Assembly (NCBI GenBank): GCA_964511175.1
Contig: CAZEEI010000002.1
Coordinates: 132,382-196,381, forward strand
Source of the DNA: an uncultured Pseudomonadales bacterium
Lineage (GTDB): Bacteria; Patescibacteriota; Microgenomatia; UBA1400; UBA1396
Direction: 5' to 3'
DNA: 64,000 nt
The position numbers and the translations under genes were made by a program. Under the pieces are notes generated by a model, which was not told the DNA's origin, ran no database searches, and worked only from the letters and a program-made list of their open reading frames with translations. Of the stretch, positions 49,005 through 57,810 are shown in pieces (the stretch's first letter is position 1; each line of letters begins with the position of its first letter).

Positions 49005-50270
49005 ATGACTACTATTGCTAAAGTTCTGGCGCGAGAGATATTGGCTTCAGGCGGATTACCTTCGATTGAAGTATCCGTACAGTTAAGTAATGGGGTAGTG
49101 GGAGTAGCCTCCGTGCCTTATGGGGCTTCGGCGGGCACTCATGAGGCGGCGGTACTTACGGATCAAGACCCTTCCCGGTATCAGGGTAATGGGATGCTCA
49201 AGGCTGTGGCTAATGTCGTGGAAAAAATTGCACCGGTGGTCATCGGCCAAACTGCTACCAACCAGCGAATCATTGATCAACTGATGATTGATTTGGACGG
49301 CACACCTAATAAGGCCAATTTGGGTGGCAACGCTATTTTGGCAGTTTCCTTAGCAGTGGCTCGCGCGGCGGCTCAAGCTCAAAACCAGCAGTTGTACGAT
49401 TACCTTGCCCAAACTTACCAGACACAAGCCGATTACCGCCGCCTGCCCCAGCCGATGGTAGTGGTGATTGAGGGCGGCAAACATGCTGATAAGTCAACCG
49501 ATTTACAAGAATACTGCCTGTCGGCTTTGGGCAATCATTCACCGAGCCAAAGTATTCGACAAATACTAGAAAGCTACCATCAGCTCAAGAAGATTCTTGG
49601 CGAAAAAGGTCTTTCCACTAACGTGGGAAATGAAGGCGCTTTTGCTCCTAATGGTATTCCTAGCAATGAAGCACCTTTTGCTTATATGCTGGCAGCGATT
49701 GAAAAAGCGGGCTATACGCCTGGGCAGGATATTGGTTTTTCCTTAGATGCGGCGGCTAATGAGTTTTATCGGAATGGCCAATATCATTTATCAATCGAGA
49801 ATCGCGATTTAACGGCAGCGGAACTAATTACCTATTTTGAACAATGGTTAAAACGATATCCGATTGCCACGATCGAAGATATGCTGGCTGAAGACGATTG
49901 GGATAATTGGGTATTAATGAAACAGATGGCCGACCGATATAACGTACCGCTAATCGGCGACGACCTAACGGTTACCAATGCCGAGCGTCTGCAAAAAGCC
50001 ATTGATCTGAAGGCAATTTCCGCCATATTGATTAAACTCAATCAAATCGGCACGCTGACGGAAACGGTTGACACTTGTTTGCTGGCCAAAAAACATGGCT
50101 TGATGACGGTCACTTCCCATCGCGGCGGCGGCGAAACCAACGATACGGCCATGGTGGACTTGGCTGTGGCGGTTAACTCCGCCTACATTAAGGTTGGTCC
50201 CACCAGGGGAGAAAGGGTAAGTAAATATAACCGTTTGATGGAAATAGAATCCATGGTCAAATATGGGTAA
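49005..50270 (+). CDS. eno: enolase
   Basis: Full-length enolase with conserved blocks throughout (SIEDP-type and catalytic K/E/D regions). Confidence 0.95.
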   Translation: MTTIAKVLAREILASGGLPSIEVSVQLSNGVVGVASVPYGASAGTHEAAVLTDQDPSRYQGNGMLKAVANVVEKIAPVVIGQTATNQRIIDQLMIDLDGTPNKANLGGNAILAVSLAVARAAAQAQNQQLYDYLAQTYQTQADYRRLPQPMVVVIEGGKHADKSTDLQEYCLSALGNHSPSQSIRQILESYHQLKKILGEKGLSTNVGNEGAFAPNGIPSNEAPFAYMLAAIEKAGYTPGQDIGFSLDAAANEFYRNGQYHLSIENRDLTAAELITYFEQWLKRYPIATIEDMLAEDDWDNWVLMKQMADRYNVPLIGDDLTVTNAERLQKAIDLKAISAILIKLNQIGTLTETVDTCLLAKKHGLMTVTSHRGGGETNDTAMVDLAVAVNSAYIKVGPTRGERVSKYNRLMEIESMVKYG

Positions 50271-50760
50271 GAAATCGCTTTGTTTTTTTTCGATTCTGAT
50301 TTTGTTGGGAATAACTACTGTCAGAGTGGCTGCAAAAACTAATGAGAACGTCGCTACATCGCCCGCGGTATTTCGGCAAAATCAGGAGGCTGGCCAAATT
50401 GTTCGTTCACAAGTGGCCCAAAGGCACGCCGCCCGCCTAAGTTATCGTTTCGCCATTTATAATCTGCGACTGACTAGTATTGTTGACCGAATGCAAACTC
50501 GCCTGGATATTTTGGCGGCTGACGACAAAGATACAACCGCAGCCCAAGTCAAATTAACTGAAGCAAAAGCCGCCTTAACTAAAGCCAAAACCAAAGCTGA
50601 AGCAGCGATTAATACTTTTAACTCAATTGATCCGGATAAGTACGCCCAGCAGCGCGATTTGGCCCTGCAAGCGCGCGATATTGCCCAGGAATCTCGCGAA
50701 GATTGGCAGGCAGTGATTAACCTGCTCGGGGAAGTTTTACAATTAATTAAAGCGTTATGA
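50263..50760 (+). CDS. secreted coiled-coil hypothetical protein
   Basis: Signal peptide followed by Ala/Lys-rich helical repeats. It overlaps the eno stop. Confidence 0.5.
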   Translation: MGKKSLCFFSILILLGITTVRVAAKTNENVATSPAVFRQNQEAGQIVRSQVAQRHAARLSYRFAIYNLRLTSIVDRMQTRLDILAADDKDTTAAQVKLTEAKAALTKAKTKAEAAINTFNSIDPDKYAQQRDLALQARDIAQESREDWQAVINLLGEVLQLIKAL

Positions 50761-51065
50761 AAACAAATTGGCTGCATGGTTTAACCGTTTTACTTTTACT
50801 TGGTTTATTGGTATTTGGTTATTATTGGTATAACCGTGAAGTGATTGTCGGCTCAGCCGAAGAGTATATCGGTAGTGAAAATATGGCGGTTGCACCGGCA
50901 TCGATGGGGGTCAAGTCGGCAAGCCCGACACCCACTGCTACCATCGAGTTGACACCTGAAGAAAAAATAGCTAATCCCACCTTAAATCAGGGCACCACTG
51001 TTTATGAGTTGAAGAATGATCTTGATCAAACCATTATCGAGGAGGAGGATTTTTCCAATCTTTAA
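50757..51065 (+). CDS. small membrane-anchored hypothetical protein
   Basis: N-terminal TM segment (LHGLTVLLLLGLLVFGYYWY); ATGA coupling with the previous gene. Confidence 0.45.
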   Translation: MKTNWLHGLTVLLLLGLLVFGYYWYNREVIVGSAEEYIGSENMAVAPASMGVKSASPTPTATIELTPEEKIANPTLNQGTTVYELKNDLDQTIIEEEDFSNL

Positions 51066-51070
51066 TATTT

Positions 51071-51673
51071 ATGGGCAAACTCGCTTTAGTCCGTCATGGC
51101 ATTACTGTTTATAACCAAGAACATCGCTTTACCGGTTTTACCGATGTTTCCATTACACCAAAAGGTGAAGAACAGGCTCGTCAAGTTGGTCGACAGCTTA
51201 AGGACTTAAATTGGCAGTTTGATGTGGCGTACACCTCTTGGTTAAAACGAGCTTGGGAAACACTGGCTCTTATTTTGCCGGAAATTAAGGCGCCACAGCT
51301 GCCAACTATCAAACATCCCTTTCTTAACGAACGTCATTACGGTGATCTACAAGGGATATTACACCAGGATATGATTCGCCAGTTTGGCGAAGAACAAGTG
51401 CAAATTTGGCGCCGCAGTTACGCCGTACGCCCGCCCAATGGTGAAAGTCTAGCTGATGTTGTCCATCGTACTCAGTATTATTTAGACCAGGAAATCATGC
51501 CGCGTTTGCTTAGAGGTGAAACGGTACTCGTTTGCGCCCATGGCAATTCCAACCGGGCGATGGTGAAGCAGCTGGAACAGATTTCGGATGAGGAGATTGT
51601 GAAACGAGAAATTGCTTATGACGTGGCGTTGTTGTACGAAGTAACGGCTGACGGCGTGCAAAAGTTAACGTAG
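51071..51673 (+). CDS. gpmA: 2,3-bisphosphoglycerate-dependent phosphoglycerate mutase
   Basis: LVRHGITVYN (catalytic His), the RHYG motif, and the second His in CAHGNS. Confidence 0.85.
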   Translation: MGKLALVRHGITVYNQEHRFTGFTDVSITPKGEEQARQVGRQLKDLNWQFDVAYTSWLKRAWETLALILPEIKAPQLPTIKHPFLNERHYGDLQGILHQDMIRQFGEEQVQIWRRSYAVRPPNGESLADVVHRTQYYLDQEIMPRLLRGETVLVCAHGNSNRAMVKQLEQISDEEIVKREIAYDVALLYEVTADGVQKLT

Positions 51674-51835
51674 TTGTTTGGATTGTTGGGTCAGATATTC
51701 CAAAACTGCTCGTTCAAAAGCGGATTCAGCTTGCTGGACTTCTTGGTATTTTGCCAATTTCCTTTCCTCAGGAGAAAAATTGGGCATATAATCGATCAAT
51801 TTCTTCAAGATGTTCGGTTGTTAACTGTTCGGATT

Positions 51836-53263
51836 TCATAATTCAATCTTCTTTAGTCGCCCAATAACAATTTTTTGACCCAATACTCGCATGGTGGCAA
51901 ATAGTGGTGGGGTAGCTTTTTCACCCGTTACGGCTAAACGCAGCATCATAAAATACTGAGACTTAGGCCAATCTTTTTTTTCCTGAAGACGACGAATGGC
52001 TGCTTCGATTGATTCGTCTTGCCAATCGGTTAGTTGATTTAACACAGCAATAGTAGCTGTTAATTGCTCTGTCACTAACTCAGGCGTTGCCTTGCGCAGT
52101 AAAGCGGCTTGATCAACCTTAATATCCCGGTAGAAGAAAGCAGTCAGTGGCTCAAAATCTTTGAGCGTCACCAGTCGCTCGCGCACCAAAGGCAACAAGT
52201 CATCAAGGCGTTGGCGGTCTAAATCTTGGGGTAAAAATGGCTCTAATTTTTGCTTCAATTCCTCAAGTGATAGTTTTTCACGAATATATTTACCATTCAT
52301 CCAGTTTAATTTTTCGAAATCGAAAATTGGTCCGGTCTTTTGTATCCGCGCCATCGTAAAATCACTCACGAACTCGGCCAAACTAATTAATTCTTTTCCC
52401 TCCGGATGCGACCATCCCAGCAGCATGAGAAAATTTAGTAAAGCTTCTGGCAAATAACCTCGCTCGCGGTAACTTACAACCGAAACGTCATTTTTCCGCT
52501 TAGACAACTTGGAGTGATCGGGATTGCGCAATAATGGTAGGTGGGCAAATTGGGGTGGTTCCCAATCAAACATTTCGTAAAGCAAAAGGTGCTTGGGGGT
52601 AGAACTAAGCCACTCTTCACCGCGCATCACGTGAGAAATACGCATCAAATGGTCGTCAGCCACCACGGCCAGATGATAGGTGGGAAAGCCATCCGATTTA
52701 AGCAACACCTGGTCGTCAATCTGGGCATAGTTAATCACCATCTCACCGCGGATTAAATCCTGCCAGCGGCATTCACCTACCGGCACGCGCAGGCGTACGA
52801 CGTAGTTTTCACCAGCAGCAATGCGGGCGAGTGCTTGATCGAGCGGATAATCACGATAGCGACCATCGTACTTAGGCGGCAAGCCTTTCCGCTGCTGTTC
52901 TTCACGCATTTGCTGCAATTCCGTCGGGGTAGCAAAACAGTAATAAGCCTTACCTTCTTTAATAAGTTGTTCTACCGATGAACGATAAATGTCTAATCGT
53001 TCGGACTGGCGGTACGGGCCGTAAGGACCACCCACCCGCACACTCTCGTCAGCCTGGATGCCGACCCATTCCAAAGCATCCAAAATAATATCTTCGGCAC
53101 CCGCCACAAAGCGAGACCGGTCGGTATCTTCACTACGTACGATAAAATCACCGCCTTGTTGTTTGGCAAAGGCATAATTGAAGAGCGCGGTGTACAACGT
53201 ACCAACGTGAGCAATACCGGTGGGAGAAGGGGCAATGCGGGTACGTACTCGGTCAAAAGGCAT
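51836..53263 (-). CDS. gltX: glutamyl-tRNA synthetase
   Basis: RIAPSPTG...HVGT (HIGH-type), KLSKR (KMSKS-type), and an anticodon-binding domain. The ATG at 53263 is preceded by TATAAT; alternative upstream start at 53308. Confidence 0.9.
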   Translation of the reverse strand: MPFDRVRTRIAPSPTGIAHVGTLYTALFNYAFAKQQGGDFIVRSEDTDRSRFVAGAEDIILDALEWVGIQADESVRVGGPYGPYRQSERLDIYRSSVEQLIKEGKAYYCFATPTELQQMREEQQRKGLPPKYDGRYRDYPLDQALARIAAGENYVVRLRVPVGECRWQDLIRGEMVINYAQIDDQVLLKSDGFPTYHLAVVADDHLMRISHVMRGEEWLSSTPKHLLLYEMFDWEPPQFAHLPLLRNPDHSKLSKRKNDVSVVSYRERGYLPEALLNFLMLLGWSHPEGKELISLAEFVSDFTMARIQKTGPIFDFEKLNWMNGKYIREKLSLEELKQKLEPFLPQDLDRQRLDDLLPLVRERLVTLKDFEPLTAFFYRDIKVDQAALLRKATPELVTEQLTATIAVLNQLTDWQDESIEAAIRRLQEKKDWPKSQYFMMLRLAVTGEKATPPLFATMRVLGQKIVIGRLKKIEL

Positions 53264-53280
53264 AGGGCAATTATAACCTA

Positions 53281-54360
53281 TTACGGTGTCACATTGCTGG
53301 CGAACCAAACCGGATCAATAGCTGGTACCAAAGCTTCAAAGCCGTTATCGCCGGTAAAAACATAGACCGGCTGATAATAATTCTGGGGTGTGGCGGGTTC
53401 GTAGTAAGCCAAGTAAACACTGCGGACGGTAGCCTGGTCGCCTGATCCCTGGTTGGTGACATAGCCCTGGCCGGCTTGCAGAGCCTGCCAAGCCTGGTTG
53501 GCCGACTGCAGTGGATAGGTTTCCACCGTCAGAGTATCGATGGGCTGATAATAAGAGCTGAGGCTCAAGATTCTTTCCCCCTGATCTCGACTTCCAGAAA
53601 AAAGAATGCGTATAACACCATGATCTTTGACATGGGTGATTGAAGGCAAACCATTGGGGGTAGCCCGGAAAATATCAACTTGCACAAAATCGGCCTCGGA
53701 AATACTGGCCGCCGTGCGCTGTTGTCCGGCCAAGGCTTTAATATAAGCAATTTTGGGTTCAGCCGTAGCAATATCTGGATAACTAAGATCCACTGATCGC
53801 AAAATAGTCCGCACTTCCGTAGCCAAAGACTGTGGTGTAGGAATCATTTTTTTGTTCAGCAGATCTGGAGAAGAAGCCCAATCTACCATTAAATTGAGTG
53901 TGCCATAAACCGTTTCTATTTCCAGTGTGGCTGGTATGGGTGTAGTGAGGCGCCAGCGGTACAGCGTATTGTTTATTTTTTCCGGGGCAAAAACAAATCC
54001 TAAGGCGGCAGCCTTGGCTTTGGCTTTGTCTAAAGCAATCAAACTAGGCTGAGCGGAAGGCATAAAGTATACCGGTATTTGGTTGCTGCCATACTCTGTT
54101 AAGCGTTGCCCAATGGTTTCCAAAACAAACTGCTTAGGACGATCTTCTAGAGACTGATTGGGGAAAGAGGGTAGTGGCAACAAACCAAAACCAACCGTGG
54201 CTGGCGGTGGCGGTGGCGGGTTGAGAGTCCGGTAAATCACCGCTGCGTAGCTAAAAAAGAAACGCCCAACAATGAACAATAGTAATAGTATTCCCCCAAA
54301 TTTGACTCCCTGCCGGCCATAATGGGCGACTTCGGACAAGGATAACTGACTAGTAGCCAT
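53281..54360 (-). CDS. membrane-anchored extracytoplasmic hypothetical protein (Pro-rich linker)
   Basis: N-terminal TM segment followed by PPPPPPA and a roughly 280-aa domain with no recognised motif. Confidence 0.55.
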   Translation of the reverse strand: MATSQLSLSEVAHYGRQGVKFGGILLLLFIVGRFFFSYAAVIYRTLNPPPPPPATVGFGLLPLPSFPNQSLEDRPKQFVLETIGQRLTEYGSNQIPVYFMPSAQPSLIALDKAKAKAAALGFVFAPEKINNTLYRWRLTTPIPATLEIETVYGTLNLMVDWASSPDLLNKKMIPTPQSLATEVRTILRSVDLSYPDIATAEPKIAYIKALAGQQRTAASISEADFVQVDIFRATPNGLPSITHVKDHGVIRILFSGSRDQGERILSLSSYYQPIDTLTVETYPLQSANQAWQALQAGQGYVTNQGSGDQATVRSVYLAYYEPATPQNYYQPVYVFTGDNGFEALVPAIDPVWFASNVTP

Positions 54361-54383
54361 AGGTTAATGATAGCGCCATTTTG

Positions 54384-55343
54384 TCATGGTGAAAATGTCT
54401 GGTTGGCGCGTGGGTTGGGAGCAATCGTATGCAAAACCCACTGAATCAGCGATTGCGCTTCGCCGTAGCGGTCGCGGCTGCCTAAAATAACCAGAAGCAG
54501 ATCTAGTTGTCCTGACAAGCTGGCTGGCTGATCAAGATAACGCACCACCAAATTTTCGCCCGCTCCCTCAGTGGTACCGGTTTTAACACCTCGATAGTGA
54601 TTATTACGACGTAGCAAAACATTGGTTGAATAAATAGTATCGGTCCGACCGGTATTTTTTTCGTGAACCAAAACTTGTTGCTGAGCCACAATATCTTCCA
54701 AAAAAGGAATACTTAGAACAGTGTTGGCAATTTGACCAATGTCTGCGGCAGTAGAGTACTGCTGCGCATCATCTAACCCGAGACTGTTAATAAAATGGGT
54801 ATTACGCAGACCCATTTGTTGCGCCCGTTCATTCATAATTCGGATAAAATTGAGGTCATTTCCCCACAACCCATTGGCTAAAGTTTGAGCGGCATCATTA
54901 GCCGAAAAAACCAACATGGCTCGCAATAAATCGGCAACGGAAAAACGATCCCGCGGCAAAAATTTAGCTCGATTACCCAAAACACCAGCTGCCGAACCGA
55001 TAGTTAATTCATCCTGTAAGTTATAAGTGTCATAGGCTACTAGCGCCGTCATTAATTTGGCCAAGGAGGCAACCGATGTGGCCACATTGGACCGATCGCT
55101 GTACAGCAAAGAATCGGTGGTACGATCCAACAACCAAATGGCCTGAGCCGTATAGGGTGGCGGAACATTATTAGTTAAAATAAGTGCTGGTTCCAGGGTT
55201 GGTGTAGGTGTAGCGGAAATTGTCGGCAAAACTACTTGTTTGCCGGAAAACTCAAATAATCCTCCCAGTAAACCTAGACCCACCACACCAAACCATAAAA
55301 TCAAAAGCCAGGACATTTGGCGCAAATTACGTAGCGGTTGCAT
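54384..55343 (-). CDS. D-alanyl-D-alanine carboxypeptidase (S11 family)
   Basis: Signal/TM segment, SxxK active site (SLAKLM), SxN (SAND) and KTG motifs. Confidence 0.8.
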   Translation of the reverse strand: MQPLRNLRQMSWLLILWFGVVGLGLLGGLFEFSGKQVVLPTISATPTPTLEPALILTNNVPPPYTAQAIWLLDRTTDSLLYSDRSNVATSVASLAKLMTALVAYDTYNLQDELTIGSAAGVLGNRAKFLPRDRFSVADLLRAMLVFSANDAAQTLANGLWGNDLNFIRIMNERAQQMGLRNTHFINSLGLDDAQQYSTAADIGQIANTVLSIPFLEDIVAQQQVLVHEKNTGRTDTIYSTNVLLRRNNHYRGVKTGTTEGAGENLVVRYLDQPASLSGQLDLLLVILGSRDRYGEAQSLIQWVLHTIAPNPRANQTFSP

Positions 55344-55409
55344 GTTCTTTATTGTGCCAGTGATTAAAGCAATTGGCGAGAGCCGTTGAGATCCGATCTC
55401 AAACGGTAC

Positions 55410-55438
55410 TTGTGTATCTTTTGGTTTATGGTTACAAT
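55410..55438 (+). promoter_or_regulatory. promoter (TTGTGT, 17-nt spacer, TACAAT)
   Basis: A -35-like hexamer at 55410-15 and a -10 hexamer at 55433-38. Confidence 0.4.
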
Positions 55439-55445
55439 GACCACC

Positions 55446-55595
55446 AATATGTTAAGTTGGCGCATGCCTCACACCTGCCGTTTCGTTTCCCTTCAAATTA
55501 AGGGTTCATTGGGGGTTTGTGTAGCCGCAAAACAATAAAATAACAACAAGCACAAAAAACAAACCCCCTCCCAACACGAGGGGGTTTTTGTTAGG
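55446..55595 (+). promoter_or_regulatory. structured 5' leader with alternative antiterminator/terminator helices (attenuator or riboswitch-like)
   Basis: GGGGGTTTGT (55511-20) is exactly complementary to ACAAACCCCC (55559-68). The same C-run forms the terminator stem CCCCCTC/GAGGGGG plus TTTTT (55564-89). Confidence 0.45.
55564..55590. terminator. intrinsic terminator (bidirectional)
   Basis: CCCCCTCccaacacGAGGGGGTTTTTG; the reverse complement is also followed by TTTGTTTTTT. Confidence 0.6.
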
Positions 55596-55628
55596 TCAAA
55601 TATGGAATTAAAACAGAAAGGAATCACT

Positions 55629-55787
55629 ATGAAAGCTGAAAAGGTTTTTAGTAATAAACGGGATTGGACTGATACGGCGCCGGGGAAGAGCGTGGTTAAT
55701 ACCACCGAATCTCTGGCCGAAATTAATGAACTTCGCCCCATTAGTCAACGTTATATGAAAAAAACGATTTATCTAAAATGGATATGA
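55629..55787 (+). CDS. small hypothetical protein (52 aa)
   Basis: ATG preceded by an AAAGGAA RBS; overlaps the next ORF by 10 nt. Confidence 0.35.
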   Translation: MKAEKVFSNKRDWTDTAPGKSVVNTTESLAEINELRPISQRYMKKTIYLKWI

Positions 55788-56194
55788 GTGCAAGTGTTAT
55801 GAACTTAAGACAAATACTAAAGGTAGAAGTTGCACCTAATAATCTAACCGAAGAATGTCAGCGGTCGGATGTGGGTTATCTGATAGCGCCAGCTCTTCTT
55901 TTTTGGATTCAGAGTTTGCAAAAAGGAGAATGGGCGGCACCTTACGCTTTAACTGCCAACAGTAAAATTGTGTCCTGCCAACGGGAAGGTTATCGCAAAT
56001 ATCAAGTAATCATTATCAACGACAACCCTCTAGAACCAAAAGCGATCAATTTAGTTATTAATCTGCCGTGGGATCCACGTTGTAATGTTGCCAAACTACG
56101 AACCATGATCGAAAATGTTAACCAGAGTTTGGCAGAAAATGCCGCACCTGCAGCTCAACCGCCTGACCAGGAAAATCACTTAAAGATAGCGTAA
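55778..56194 (+). CDS. hypothetical protein (138 aa)
   Basis: ORF translationally overlapped with the 52-aa ORF. Its C-terminal tail overlaps the recJ 3' end convergently. Confidence 0.45.
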   Translation: MDMSASVMNLRQILKVEVAPNNLTEECQRSDVGYLIAPALLFWIQSLQKGEWAAPYALTANSKIVSCQREGYRKYQVIIINDNPLEPKAINLVINLPWDPRCNVAKLRTMIENVNQSLAENAAPAAQPPDQENHLKIA

Positions 56195-57761
56195 ACACTA
56201 AATCAGCCCTACTAAGAACCGCCTGGTAACCGCGATCTTGATAAGAAAAACAAATTCCCTTCTGTGGTGTGCCTTGGTAAGTAAAATTAATCTGGGCATG
56301 ATTTTTTTCCCGACCAACCGGTTTCACTCTCTTAATTTCCACATCAGGCAAAATAAAAAGCGGCTCTTCGTTGCCCGCACCGAAGGGAGAAAACTCGGCA
56401 ATTAACTCTGCAGTAGTGCGGACTAATAAATTAGGCGCTAAAGGACCAAGTACCGACAGCTGTGGTTTTAAAGAAGCTAGGTTTATCTTTTTTTGCATAT
56501 TAGTCGTAATTTCCTGTTTCAGTTTGGATAAGTCTTGATTATTGATAGTAAAACCAGCGGCCATGGCGTGACCTCCTAAAGAAAGGAATTCTACTTGGTT
56601 TAAGTCGCGTAGAAAATTCGTCAGATGAAAACCAACCACTGATCGACCAGAGGCTTTGGCTTGTTTACCCACCAGTGACAAAACAATACTGGGCTTGCCG
56701 GTTTGTTCTACTAATTTGCTGGCAATTAAACCGATAATACCCGGATGATAATCGCCAGCTACTACTATTAAAGGATCGGGTGAGTCGGCGGGTAACCCCA
56801 ACTGAACTTGTCGCATTGCTTGAGCAGTTAAATCCTGACGTTCACGATTGGTCTCCTGTAGTTGTCTCATTAAATTAGTCGCCCGCTGCGGTGTTTTAGC
56901 TACCAGTGCCCGTAGGGCATCCAGTGCTTCATACAGGCGACCCATGGCGTTAAGGCGTGGTGCTAAGCCAAAATGAATAGTGTGGGCATCAGCTTGATCG
57001 AGTTTAATACCGGCTAAATCAGCTAAAATGCGCAAACTAACCCGTTGGGTTTGACGTAGTGCAGCCAAACCATGATAGGCAAAACTACGATTGGCACCGT
57101 AAAGAGGCACTTGATCGGCAATAGTACCAATAACCGCCAAATCTAGTTCTTGTTGGACAAAAGCCGGATCTAGTTCTCGCGCCAAAAACCAGGCTACTGT
57201 GGCCCCACACAGTTTGGTTGAATGAACAATGCTGCCAGCTATTGGCAAATGATCATCTGGTTCGTGATGGTCGGTAATAATTAATTCGGTACCTTTAGCT
57301 TTTAACCACGCCGCCGCTTGGTGAGCCACAATGCCGTTATCTACGGTTACCAGCAGCGAAGGTTGGGTTTTTTCCCAAATTTCGATTAAACCGGCTATTG
57401 CCAAACCATAACCATGGCGTTCACGATGAGGCAAAAAGGGACGAGCATTAAGCCCTAAATGATGGAGTGTCTCCCATAAAATCGCGGTACCGGTAATGCC
57501 ATCACAGTCATAATCACCATAAATAACGACTGTTTCTTGATTGGTAATAGCCTGCCGCAAACGTTGAGCGGCTTGTTGTAAAGAGGTAAGATTCAAACCG
57601 GCTTCCTCGGCCGAAAGAACGCTGGGGTGAGGCGGGGTAAAGAAAGAATGGCGCGCGGTCTCAGGAATACGTTCGAGTAACAGTGTAGTTAACTGCTCCG
57701 AACTAGTGATTGGTTGCGAGCTTAATTGGTTAATAATCATCAGCTGAGTGTGTTGTAACAT
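56118..57761 (-). CDS. recJ: single-stranded-DNA-specific exonuclease RecJ
   Basis: DHH motifs (VVIYGDYDCDGITG, ...DHH...), a DHHA1 domain (GGHAMAAG), and a C-terminal OB-like region. Confidence 0.9.
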   Translation of the reverse strand: MLQHTQLMIINQLSSQPITSSEQLTTLLLERIPETARHSFFTPPHPSVLSAEEAGLNLTSLQQAAQRLRQAITNQETVVIYGDYDCDGITGTAILWETLHHLGLNARPFLPHRERHGYGLAIAGLIEIWEKTQPSLLVTVDNGIVAHQAAAWLKAKGTELIITDHHEPDDHLPIAGSIVHSTKLCGATVAWFLARELDPAFVQQELDLAVIGTIADQVPLYGANRSFAYHGLAALRQTQRVSLRILADLAGIKLDQADAHTIHFGLAPRLNAMGRLYEALDALRALVAKTPQRATNLMRQLQETNRERQDLTAQAMRQVQLGLPADSPDPLIVVAGDYHPGIIGLIASKLVEQTGKPSIVLSLVGKQAKASGRSVVGFHLTNFLRDLNQVEFLSLGGHAMAAGFTINNQDLSKLKQEITTNMQKKINLASLKPQLSVLGPLAPNLLVRTTAELIAEFSPFGAGNEEPLFILPDVEIKRVKPVGREKNHAQINFTYQGTPQKGICFSYQDRGYQAVLSRADLVFTLSLSDFPGQAVELQVRHFLPNSG

Positions 57762-57810
57762 ACTTTATACCTTTCCTTGCAATCCTGTTTTGTGGTACGA
57801 TGCCTCGAGT

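Noticed and set aside
54180-54260. Poly-proline and GGTGGCGG run as a possible DNA repeat
   Set aside because: It encodes a PPPPPPA linker within a membrane-anchored protein and is not a tandem DNA repeat array.
55493-55741. 82-aa minus-strand ORF spanning the attenuator region
   Set aside because: It covers the promoter, leader and terminator hairpins. It has a hydrophobic, low-complexity translation and no RBS. The RNA-structure explanation is better supported.
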